From: the human T2T-CHM13v2.0 reference genome, Homo sapiens
Reading direction: 5' to 3' (one strand)
DNA: 64,000 nt
Assembly: GCF_009914755.1 (NCBI RefSeq)
Contig: NC_060939.1
Both the position numbers and the translations under genes were made by a program. This document shows positions 46,721-58,627 of this stretch, in pieces; positions within the stretch are counted from its first letter, which is position 1, and every line of letters starts with the position of its first letter. Below the pieces are notes generated by a model. That model worked only from the letters and a program-made list of their open reading frames with translations. It made no database searches and was not told the origin of the DNA.

Positions 46721-48359
46721 CTATTCCTGGACCCCATTCATGTGTCAGTGCCTTCCATCTCTGCATTGCCTACACGTAGCTGGTTCTCAATAAAGGTTTG
46801 TTAAAATAAAATATTTTGTAATTAGAGTGACTTAGGGTTATCTAAAAGGAGGTCAGCCAGAGGTCAGCTAGAACACGGACATAATTTGGCATGACCATAA
46901 CTCCCATTTGCTAACCACATCTGTAGGTAAGTACTAAAATCTTGGTCTTTTTCATCTATCAATGTCACCAATCATTTGAAATCATTGCTTTTAAGAAAAA
47001 TCAAACACAGTCAGAATGGTTCATCACTGTTGAGAACTATTCAAATTTTCTTCAAATTGACTTGACATCTGTGGTTACTACCATAGGCAACAGTTAGCAG
47101 TGCCTTAGGAAGCAGACTGCAAGATAAGTCTAAAATAAGAAATAATTGCCTATTTATTTTGAAAAGTTTCTAAGCCAAGAAGAGTGGAAATAATGTCTCA
47201 AGATCCCCTGGAATCACTGGCCCCCTAAGCAATGAGAATTGCTAACATAGAACTCTGCTCAATCCTAGAATCAACTCAGCAGGCTCCTCACAGGCAAGTT
47301 CTCTGCAGGCTGTTGTCTCTTATTCCTTCCATGAGATATGATTTTTGTAGCCATAGTTAATGTTCTACTCTGCCCTCTAGACATCACTTCCATCTTATCT
47401 GTGTCATATTAGTGCCTGTGAATCCTACAGGAGAGGACAACTTAAAAAACAAAATATAAAAAACTGCCATAAGATCCCTAGTGTTTTTTCTTTTAATCTC
47501 CAGGAATATTTCATTTCCTGCATTGGGAAGCAACCTCCTGTCTCTTTCTACTGTCTGGAGTTTTTAGTTTATCACTTCAGCCTTGGAAACTTATGAAGTC
47601 CCTGTGTTATCTGCTGGGCAGAGTTTTAACCCAATTGATCTATTTATTTATTCCACACATGTGCAGTCCTGTCTAATTCATTCTCCCATCTTGGCATTAT
47701 CTGTGATTTCTGAGCTCTTCTATTGGTTTTACTTCCCTGTTAGCCACTGTGTAGTTTATAAACAGCTTGACTGAGGGGTTTCACTTAGAGTAATGTGGGT
47801 TCACCCCAAATGAATGCTTAGAAGCAGCAGATGAAATTTTAGTTCTCTGAAATGCAATGGATGTAAATCAGATTAATTGTCTCACTGACTCTGGGAACAC
47901 CCAGGCATCTCATTTCCTGCCTAAGTCGTTGGAGCTTTCACGTTAACTTTTGGCAGGTAATGCGGTTGGGACCAGTCATTCACCACCAATAACTGCTCTG
48001 AAAACACATCAGGTTAAAAACTGTGACAGGTAGGTTGGGCTTTGCTTTCCAGCAAATCAAATTCCAGTAACTCAGCCCCTTTGTCCTTTTACTCTCTCCC
48101 ACTATCCCAGAAAGGTTTCCACATGTGAGCATGGGGTATGCAAGAGGCTCTTTCTCTTCTGCCATTACTCCAGGAAAGAAACAAGACCATGTACCTACAG
48201 GGTTCTCTCTTAAATAATGTATGATTTCAAGAAAAGAATGTCATGCTAGGCCATCATTTTTTACTTATCGTAGGGTTTGTGGAACCCACTTCAAACAGAG
48301 ACAGGCATTATAGTAGTTTTGTGATTAAAAGCATGGAAAACAAAAGTCTGTATAAATAT

Positions 48360-49370
48360 GTGTATATTCATGTTTATGACATATTCTAATTCAGGTTAAT
48401 TAGAATAGCCAAAAGCTGGAAACATCCATGTGCCCATCAACAGGTGAATGGATAAACCAATTGTGGTTGTATCTATATGATGAAATACTACTAAACAATA
48501 AAAAAAGAATATACTACAGATACACTGTGAATGTACCCTAAAGGAATTATGCTAAATGAAAGAAATCAGATAAACAGGTACATAACATATGATTCCATCT
48601 ATATAAAATTCTAGAAAATGTCAATGAGTCTATAGAGTCAGAAAGTAGATTAGCGGTTTTCTGGGATAGGCAAGTAGAAGAGATGACAAAGGAGCATGGG
48701 GATGGTTGGTATGTATTCCTCATCTCATTTGTGGTGATGGTCTCATAAGTATGTATGTATGTCAAATGAACGGATAAGGAAAATGTGGTACATATAGACA
48801 ATGGAGTAGTATTCAGCCATAAAAAAGAATGATATCTCCTATCATCTGCAACAACATGGATGGAACTGGAGGTCATTAAGTGAAATAAGCCAGGCATAGA
48901 AAGACAAACATCACATGTTCTCACCTATTTGTGGGATCTATCAATCAAGACAGTTGAACTCATGGACACAGAGAGTAGAAGGATGGTTACCAGTGCCTGG
49001 AAAGGGTAGTGAGGGGCTGGGATGGCTAATGAGTACAAAAAGAACAGAAAGAATGAATAAGACCTATTATTTGATAGCATAATAAGGTGACTATAGTCCA
49101 CAGTAACTTAATTGTACATTTAAAAATAACTAAAATTGGATTGTTTGTAACACAAAGGATAAATGCTTGAGGTGATGGATAACTCATTCTGGAAGGCATG
49201 GTTATTTCACATTGCATGCCTGTACCAAAACAGCTCACGTACTCCAGAAATATATATACCTACTATGTACCCACAAAAATTAAAAATTTTTAAAAAACAG
49301 AAAACTCATCAAACTGTACACTTTTAAGAGTCAGTTTACTGAATTTCAATTATATCTCAATAAAAAATAA
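48360..49370 (+). mobile_element. Old L1M 3' end interrupted by a younger L1MA 3' fragment (~48764-49297)
   Basis: Two different L1 3'UTR types are nested. The outer one resumes at aaaactcatcaaactgtacac. Confidence 0.8.
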
Positions 49371-49384
49371 AAATTATAGAAAAC

Positions 49385-50860
49385 CCCAGGGATCTGGAGT
49401 CAGACTGCCTGGGATCAAATCTTGGTTCCAACACTCCTAAACTGAGTGATGCTGTCAACTTACCCAACTTCTTTATGTGTCTGTTTCCTCCATCGTGAAA
49501 GGGGAATGATATTAACCTAATTCTTGTGTTTTTGTGTGTTTAATTTGTTGATCATGTGAAGCACTTAAAATAATGTCTAGCACATAACAAGTCCTCAACA
49601 GTGTTATTTTCATGTTTACGATGTGTCTGGCACAGTGTCTTGCCATTTACAGATGTTATCTCATTTAACCCCCAAATAATCCAGTGAAGTGCTCACGCTC
49701 ATTACACAGAGCCAGAATCTGAAGTCTCATGTCAGGTGGCAATGACAAAGCTGTAATTACTTTTCTGGCCTGTATGACTCCAAATCCCTCAGGTTGTCTT
49801 TCCAATAAGCCACAAGTCCAATCCAAGGCCCCGAATGATGTTTGTCATGTACTCTCTGCGTTTTTGACATATCCTTAGGAAAATGGAGAAAGAAAATGGA
49901 GATGCTGATGGCTCTGCTCAGCATTCCCTCTTGTAGGAGCTGTACATTTCTAGGTGGTGGTGACCAAAGAGTTACCTGGCCTTGGTGGTAGGTACCTCCA
50001 ACTAAACTCTGCAGATTTATTGAGAGAACTGAGTCCTATATGTAAAATTAATCTTCAAATAGGTATTTCTTTCTCTCCTTCCTTCTCCTTTCTTGCTTCC
50101 TTTCCTTTCTTTTCACTCTTTCTCTTTTCTTCCTTTAGATAAATGAGTACACAGATGAACAGATACAGTGTGAGGCAAGAGTCTACATGAACCAGGGAAC
50201 ACAGAGCCCAGATCAGGGGTATTTCACATCCAGCAGCCTGCAGTTCATCAACCTTGCCCTCTACATTTATGTCTCAGACCTGCTCGCAGGAGGAGGTAAC
50301 ATGATTAGAGTGGAAAGAGCACTGGACAAAGAAGGAGGGCAGCTAGAGACAGGTTCACAGGACATCACTTTTATCCTCCCAACCCTGGACAAGTTCACTA
50401 CATTTCTCTGAGTCTCAGAATTTTCTGTAAAACAGAAATAATAATCCTGCTTTGAACAGCACTTTCTAGTTTCATACAGTATGTTTGCATGCCTTGTTGC
50501 TTCTGTTTCTTGTAACAGGATAAGTATTACTGTGTTCAGTAATGGAAATGGAAGTTCTGAGAGGTTAAATTTTGCCTTTTAAAGCTAGTTAGTGGTAAAA
50601 CATTGATTAAAACTCAGCACGCAAGGCCACCTACCTTACAGAACTGAGGTGAGAATCAAGAAGAACACCAAATAGAATACTCTGTAAGTTGCAAATCATT
50701 CATTAATATAAAGATTTGGGGAGTTGCTGAGTCACATCACAGAGGCCACTGGCTTTGGAATTGGGCTTCTCAATTTCTGGATCCAGTTCTGTCACCAGAT
50801 AACTGGGTGCTTTTGAAAAGTTGTAAAACTTGTATGGGACTCAGTTTCCTCATTTGTAGA
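49385..50860. mobile_element. Cluster of MIR fragments in both orientations
   Basis: Several MIR cores (tggagtcagactgcctggg, ctgtttcctc, gactcagtttcctcatttgta, ctgagaggttaa) interspersed with unique DNA. Confidence 0.55.
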
Positions 50861-51585
50861 ATAAAATGATTTTTTTTCTGGGTGATTGCTACTATCTAAT
50901 GATTTTTCTAAAGAATAAAAATATTTTCTTATGGTCACTTACACAGCCTCTGTCCCATTAAATTCAGTAGAACCCTTCTAAAAGTGGATTGGGAAAGGAA
51001 AAAAAAGAAAAAGAAGAATGTGGGGGTTAGGAGGTGACACTCAGAGAAGGGGTCTTGGAAGACATTAGGCCTATATAATAACTCATCATGTTTTAAGACT
51101 TCATTTTCTCTTTTTCATGCTGAATAACCATAATTACTGTGAGTACTCTTCACAATTTTTTTCAGAGCTTTAATGATTCCCATTGCTTTGTTCTAGATGT
51201 TCTCAAACTTTCTAAAGTGGGCTCTTTCCATAAAAAAAGAAAAAGCTGAAGATGATGATTTGTCCTTCAAGGATAATTTATCCACTCAGGATTTTATCTA
51301 AAAACCTCTGGGAAGTTGGTCTGAGATGATAATCCATTTAATATGATTACTGTAAATAGACAAACCAAAAATTCAACCAGATGGTTTGTAGTCTAAGTAA
51401 TTTAATTTGCCCATTTATTTACACTACTGAAATAATTTACATAGCTTTCCAACTAGGTCCTTGCTAGAGTTCTTCATCCCTGGGGTCAGGTGGTGGGGAG
51501 AACCCATCGCTCTTTAGATTTGCTCAAAAGCATTTTAATATTTTTTAGAACATCATCATGTCTGTATTATTGTACAATTGGTATC

Positions 51586-52612
51586 CAGAGACTATGACCT
51601 ACACGACAAACCAGCTCACCACCTGATTTTGTAAGTAAAATTGTATTGGAAAACACTCCTGCTTGGGTGTTGTCTATAGCAGTGTTTGCACTATAATGGT
51701 AGAGTGGAAAAGTTGCAACTAAGACCATACGACCTACAGGCCTATGGTATCTTCTAACTGTATTATCTTTTCTTTTTTTATTATTATTATTATACTTTGA
51801 GTTTTAGGGTACATGTGCACAATGTGCAGGTTAGTTACATATGTATACATGTGCCATGCTGGTGTGCTGCACCCACTAACTCGTCATTTCCATTAGGTAT
51901 ATGTCCCAAAGCTATCCCTCCCCCCTCCCCCCACCCCACAACAGTCCCCAGAGTGTGATGTTCCCCTTCCTGTGTCCATGTGTTCTCCTTGTTCAATTCC
52001 CACCTATGAGTGAGAATATGCGGTGTTTGGTTTTTTGTTCTTGTGATAGTTTACTGAGAATGATGATTTCCAATTTCATCCATGTCCCTACAAAGGACAT
52101 GAACTCATCATTTTTTATGGCTGCATAGTATTCCATGGTGTATATGTGCCACATTTTCTTAATCCAGTCTATCATTGCTGGACATTTGGCTTGGTTCCAA
52201 GTCTTTGCTATTGTGAATAGTGCCACAATAAACATATATGTGCATGTGTCTTTATAGCAGCATGATTTATAATCCTTTGGGTATATACCCAGTAATGGGA
52301 TGGCTGGGTCCAATGGTATTTCTAGTTCTAGATCCCTGAGGAATCGCCACACTGACTTCCACAAGGTTTGAACTAGTTTACAGTCCCACCAACAGTGTAA
52401 AAGTGTTCCTATTTCTCCACATCCTCTCCAGCACCTGTTGTTTCCTGACTTTTTAATGATTGCCATTCTAACTGGTGTGAGATGGTATCTCACTGTGGTT
52501 TTGATTTGCATTTCTCTGATGGACAGTGATGGTGAGCATTTTTTCATGTGTTTTTTGGCTGCATAAATGTCTTCTGTATTTTCAAAGGAAATGATTGCCA
52601 ACCCCATCCTAG
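51586..52612 (+). mobile_element. MER58A split by an L1PA insertion
   Basis: MER58A body at 51586-51767 (cctgattttgtaagtaaaattgtattggaa); its right end (ggaaatgattgccaacccc) resumes after 52583. Confidence 0.75.
51768..52573 (-). mobile_element. 5'-truncated L1PA2/3-type LINE-1, ~0.8 kb
   Basis: ORF2 C-terminus with CCHC region (ORF 51993..52640). TSD CTGTATT(A/T)TC at 51758-51767 and 52574-52583. Confidence 0.95.
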
Positions 52613-53170
52613 GTGACAGGGGAACTATTCTGGTTCTCAACTTTAAATGTAAGCAATAAAGGTTTAAAGGAATGGAAAAATACAGTTTGGTTCATTCTTA
52701 CTTTTTACTTAGTTTATGACTTTTTTTTTTTAAGTCAATCCGGACCAAGTGAATTCCAGGTACATAACAAAATCACCTTGAACCCAGCAAAAATAACTGA
52801 TCACCTGAGACTTCTACAGTATGGCTCTATATTTGCCAATTGCTTTTGCCTCCATGGTCATTGAATTCTCACCAAAATGCTAACAGGCATCAAATAACAA
52901 GAAGCTATTTCAAATCTAATTTGCTTTTTTGCAAATGAGATTAAATGAGGATCAGAGAAAGTGAATGGCAACTGATAGCACTCTGATAGCAGGGACCTTT
53001 CTGCACCAAGGAGCTTAACTTATTGTTTCATTCAATCCTCGCAATAACATTACATAGCAAGAATTATTGTGTTTATTAGGCAGATAAATTAAGGACTTGA
53101 AAAAATCAGGAAAGTTGCTGAAAGTCCAATACTTATAAAATTAGCATATTTGTACTAAGTCAATGAGTAA

Positions 53171-53488
<318 letters not shown>

Positions 53489-53507
53489 AAGTGCTAAGTT
53501 TTAAAAA

Positions 53508-53676
53508 ATTTTCTTTGGAGTTACGGGTCTCACTATAGTGTCCAGGCTAGAGTTCAGTAGCTACTCATAGGCATGATCACAGCACACTATAGTCTCAAAT
53601 TTCTGGCCTCAAGCAATCCTTCAATCTTAGCCTCCCAAGTAGCTGCAACTACAGATTCAAGCCACTGTGCCAGGCC
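53508..53676 (-). mobile_element. FAM (fossil Alu monomer)
   Basis: Retains the 7SL-like segment cagtagctactcataggcatgatcacagcacactatag typical of FAM. Confidence 0.75.
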
Positions 53677-54899
53677 AACCACTAATTTTGTGGTTTGGTC
53701 GAATTTGTTTTTAGATCAAAAGACCTGAGATACTTATTTTTTCCCACACATGCAGAATTTAAAGGAGACATAGAATGCAAATGGCATACGAGGCCATATC
53801 TGACACACCTCTAAGTACCTCTTAGGAGGCCACCTGAAGGACTGAGGGAAGACGCTGGGCTAAATGACAAAATACTGCCATTTGGTAGTGCTCCAAGGCA
53901 CATTTGAGGGGCTTGAAGTCTCCCTCTTACCTGTTTCCAAACTCCTTCATGCAGCTGAGGGAAATGACTCTACATTTAGAATTATAGGGTGGGAAGAACA
54001 CTCTTAACAGTAGGCAATTGAAAATGGCCTACAGGACCCTATAGAAGAGAACCTTATAACACTAAGCAACGTATTTATTGTGGGTGACCGACCATCTACT
54101 CATGGCCAGGAAGCATGAACAGTAGAAATGGTTGTTTTCTCAGTAGAGACCACTTACTCTACCCTATGGGTCACTCTCTCATACTCACTTGAGGATAAAT
54201 CACTCAGCAGGATAGAGCATCCTTCATTCCTTAAGGTCATCGTCATGTAACTGACAAAACATAAAACCTAATATTAGAACCAAACCATTTTTAACATAGT
54301 TACACATGTGATCTAGCCAACAGACTAAGTAAGGGCTGATAAAGCCTGGGTCAAAAATAGATCTATGGAATCTATGGAGTTGCAGGAAAGAACAGACTGA
54401 GAAAGCAATTACATGTTTTCTAAATGGTGTGCAAAGGAAAGGAATAAATCAAAATTAATTATGACATACATTCTCAGGATAAACAGGCTTTGAAAGGTCA
54501 CTGCGAGCAGCCAGGAAACTGAATACCATTAGGAAAAACAAATGCAAAGTTTTGACTATTTTAACAAGTCATTTTAATATAGTTGACAAAGTAGAAATTA
54601 ATCCCTATCTGCAGGCAGCCCCAAACCCTAATGAAAAACCCTGGCAGAATAGAGATGAAAAGGGTATCTGACCCCAAAGAGATGCCCTCTGCCCATAAGA
54701 GGAAGCCATTATACAGAAGGTTGGCAAGTGATTAAAAACTACAATGGTAGTGAGATATAGCTGAGATAAAGAACCATTTAAGTAAAATGTATAGAAACCA
54801 TCAACTCCCAATATCTTAATCTCAGTAAAAAAAAAAAATTCTCTTGCTGAAGCCTTATCAGTGGTACAGATTTTATTTAGCCTTAGGGGATGTATAAGA

Positions 54900-55480
54900 A
54901 GTGATGCGGCATGCCCCACTTGGGGAAGGAAAACAAGTGTGGCCTTTCCATCTCTATTTCCTTAAATGTGCCCCAGTTATCGTATCAGGATCCCTGAATA
55001 TTTTTCTAATGGCTTAATTCTCCCAGAATGCACTATTTGCATTTTTCCAAACTGTATTTTCTTCTTCCTATTTTCTTACCATGTTGTAAACCCTCTAGGT
55101 TCACTCTGTTAACCAAATCAGCATCCTTGTCAAATTTAATTAATACACTGTGTGCTTCCCCTTCCACATCATTACGAAAGATGCTGAATAAGACAGGGTC
55201 CATGTCAACATATTCCCAAAAGCCTGTCATTTCTAGTACGTTCCCTCTGCATGCAGCCAGCCAGTTCTCCACTGCTGCAAATGTTCACTTCTAAGACAAT
55301 TTAAATGCCCTGATGGGCTATCGTTTTGTGAAGTGCTCTGTGCAATGTGTTAATCAAGTCAAGACCAGGGACATTCACTGTATTCTATTTGTCCACTCAT
55401 TTGCTAATTAAAGCCAATAATGAAGTTAAAATTTGTCTGGCAAGATTTCCTTCATTATTAGTACTACAATTAGGTTTGTA
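54900..55480 (-). mobile_element. CR1/L3 LINE fragment (RT region)
   Basis: ORF 55033..55272 DPVLFSIFRNDVEGEAHSVLIKFDKDADL resembles CR1 RT GPVLFNIFINDL...LIKFADDTKL. Confidence 0.75.
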
Positions 55481-56189
55481 TTTCTTGTTCTTCTCATTTA
55501 GATGTTTACACACACACACACACACACAGTTAAAATCTTAAAACCTGGGCATTTTCTACTTTACTGTTAAGAAAATCAAGTTCAATTTTGAGCCTACTAA
55601 TTATAGATTATCATTCTGAAAGAATTGCCTAGCAGTCCAATGATTAATGTCTTACTTTTTTAATTCCAAGGGCAGTCAAAGCAGATCCTGGAGTTCTGGC
55701 CAGAGATTGGCTCTGGGTTGGGTTTTACAGGACTGGGTTAGGAATAGAGGATTCCTGCTGAATACAACTCCAGTTGCCAAGGACAATCTAGCAACCCAAA
55801 GTCCACTGTGAAAAGCTGAAGTTTAAGCAAAAGGGTAACAAAAATCTATCAAATCCAGAAGTGAGAAGCAAGAATAAAAGAAGGCTTTACAGAGGCCAAC
55901 TGGTGATTAGAAATGGAATCCAAACAAGAGATCAAGAAGGTACTGAGTGAGAATGTTACAATAATTTCCTTGAGCACTGGAACAGAACATTAAATTATTT
56001 TGAGAGACTCTGAGTTAGCAGCTGGAGCTTGCTGACGAAATTAAAGGGTGGATAGAAACCACCAATCATTATCATCATCATCACCAACCCAGGAGGCAAG
56101 TATTTTTAATATAGAATGTGAGAATTTAGAACAGGAGGGCTCTTGAAATAATCAACATCTCCTTTGGGTTCCAATCCTCCTGCATCTCA

Positions 56190-56770
56190 TATGCTTCATT
56201 CTGCATTCACAGTGAAAGTGCTCCAGATGGAGACAATGACACTGGGGGATGTTCAGAGAAGTTTGGCACAGCTACAGCACAGAAGGGAGGTCCAAACTGA
56301 TGCAGCATATTGTGCAAGGAGGGTGTCAAAGAGCTGAGACTTGAAGAGGTTAACAAAGGCCAAAGAAGCAAGACCTTGTTCAATGTATGAGGAGGTTTTC
56401 ACAGTATCCCAAGAACAATTGGAAGTCACTGAGGGTTTCAAGCAAGGCAATGACATAATTTTCTCTGCAGTTTGGAAAGCTGAGTCTGGAGGCAAGCTGC
56501 ACACTGAGTGTGCAGTTTTACGTAAGACTAGAGTCGGGAGACCCAAGAGGGATCTGTTGTAGGAGTCCTGGACAAAGTCAAACATGGCCTGAACTGAGTG
56601 ATGGTAAGAAAAAACATCGTCATTTCCGACAGTGTCAGAAAGTGCACTAGACATAGAGGATAGATTAGAGGGAGATGTCAAAGGCTGCCCCCAGGTGTTC
56701 CACTTGAGCAATCAGGGCTGGTTCTACCATTCACTACACAGGGTATAACTGAGGAAAGTGGGTATGGGGG
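56190..56770 (-). mobile_element. L2 fragment
   Basis: Antisense L2 motifs (ggaagtcactgagggtttcaagcaaggcaatgacata; gagatgtcaaaggctgccccc). Confidence 0.65.
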
Positions 56771-57349
56771 AAAGATTAATAAATTGGATAACTAATATAA
56801 TCATAACCACATTTATTGAGGTTTATCTCTTTGTTGGTCACTTATGTGTTTCCAAATATTAATCTCATGGGATTTTCCCACTGCCACTATGAGATGGGGG
56901 AAAAATAACTGAAGACACACAGTTGGTCAGGCATAGAGCCAGATTCTAAACCAAGCAGTCTGGTTGCAGAAGCCTGGAGTTGGGCTGAGTCTACAATATG
57001 TCTACATGGAAGGGCCTCACAGGTCTCAATCTTAGGAGAGAGGTCTAGACCAGTAGTTCTCAGTGTTTATAGTCTGAAGGGATTCATAAAAACAAAACAA
57101 AACAAAACAAAACAACAGATGTTTTATTTCTGAACTTTAAGCATTAATTATTTAAACCTTCCACATGACAAATATTATGCTATAGGCACAGGAAAGAGCA
57201 TGGAAAGAGCATTTGCTCCAATCCCTACCTCCTTAGCCATGTATTTCTCACTACAGCTCACTGCTCCTGCCCCAGTGAATAGCATCAGACAATTGGGAAA
57301 ACACAGGATGATCTTCTTTTTACCTCTGAGCCTTGAAACGGGACTCCTC

Positions 57350-57530
57350 TTTCCTTAATCTTGGATACATATGAGAATCACTCACATAGGATTTGAAAAT
57401 GTAGATGCTTAAGCCCCACTCCAGATCTACTACATATGAATCACTGGGTTTTTATTGCTGCCGTTGCTGCTGTTGTTTACAGTTTAAGAAATATTTCAAG
57501 TGTGTAGCTGCGCAGTCAAGATTCACTGTC
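57350..57530. mobile_element. MER5-like DNA transposon remnant
   Basis: gagaatcac...agatgcttaagccccactccaga...gaatcactggg...gcagtcaagattcactg. Confidence 0.5.
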
Positions 57531-57871
57531 CCATAGACTAAAAACTCCTCTACAAGTGAAAGTACTAAAGGCTAAACTACTAAAGAATAAAAAAAAAAAG
57601 GGGGGGATTTGACAGTCTTCGATGAAATAGAACCCTCACTATTTTACTTTTTATTTTAGGTTTAGGGGCACATGTGCATGTTTATTATACAGGGAAATTG
57701 CATGTCACAGGGGTTTGGTGTACTGGTGATTTTGTCACGTAGATAATAAGCATAATACCCAATAGGTAGTTTTTCGATCCTCACCCTCCTCCCACTCTCC
57801 ACCCGCAAGTAGGTCCCAGTGTCTGCTGTTCCCTTCTTTGTGTCCATGTGCACTCAATCTTTAGTTCCCAC

Positions 57872-58245
57872 TTATATGTGTTTAGCTGTGATCCCACCCA
57901 AATTCTCATCTTGAATTGTAGTTCCCATTATCCCCACATGTCATGGGAGGGAGTCGGTGGGAGGTAATTGAATCATGGGGACTATTACCTCCATGTTGTT
58001 CTCATGATAGTAAGTGAGTTCTCCTGAGATCTGATGGTTTTACAAGGGGTTTTCTTCCCCTTCACTCTGCACTTCTTGCTGCCACTATGTGAAGAAGGAC
58101 ATGTTTGCTTCCTCTTCTGCCATGATTGTAAGTTGCCTGAGGCCTCCCCAGCCCTGCAGAACTGTGAGTCAATAAAACCTCTTTCCTTTATAAATTACCC
58201 AGTCTCAGGTATTTTTTCACAGCAGCGTGAGAACAGACTAATACA
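57872..58245 (+). mobile_element. THE1C-like LTR 1
   Basis: Degenerate start ttatatgtgtttagctgtg, THE1C body, end gaacagactaataca. Confidence 0.9.
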
Positions 58246-58249
58246 GGAA

Positions 58250-58627
58250 TGAAATGGTTTGGCTGTGTCCCCACCTAAATCTCATCTTGAATTGTGGTTC
58301 CTATAATCCCCACATGTCATGGAGGGGAACACAGTGAAAGGTAAATGAATCATGGAAGCAGTTACCTCCATGCTGTTCTCATGACAGTGAGTGAATTCTC
58401 ATGATATCTGATGGTTTTAAAAGGGGCATTTCCCCTACTTCCCTCTACAGTTCTCCTTGCTGCCACCATGTGAAGAAAGACGTGTTTGCTTTCCCTTCCA
58501 CCATGATTGTAAGTTTCCTGAGGCCTCCCCAGTTATGCTGAACTGTGAGCCAATTAAACCTCTTTCCTTTATAAATTACCCGGTCTTGGGTATATCTGTA
58601 TTAGCAGCATGAGAACAGACTAATACA
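58250..58627 (+). mobile_element. THE1C-like LTR 2
   Basis: tgaaatggtttggctgtgtcccc ... gaacagactaataca. Confidence 0.9.

Noticed and set aside
51993-52640. 215-aa ORF as a fusion gene
   Set aside because: It is the ORF2 C-terminus of a truncated L1, fortuitously open into the flank. The listed start is not an ATG and no promoter is evident.
56253-56711. 152-aa ORF
   Set aside because: It lies within a decayed L2 and has no intact domain.
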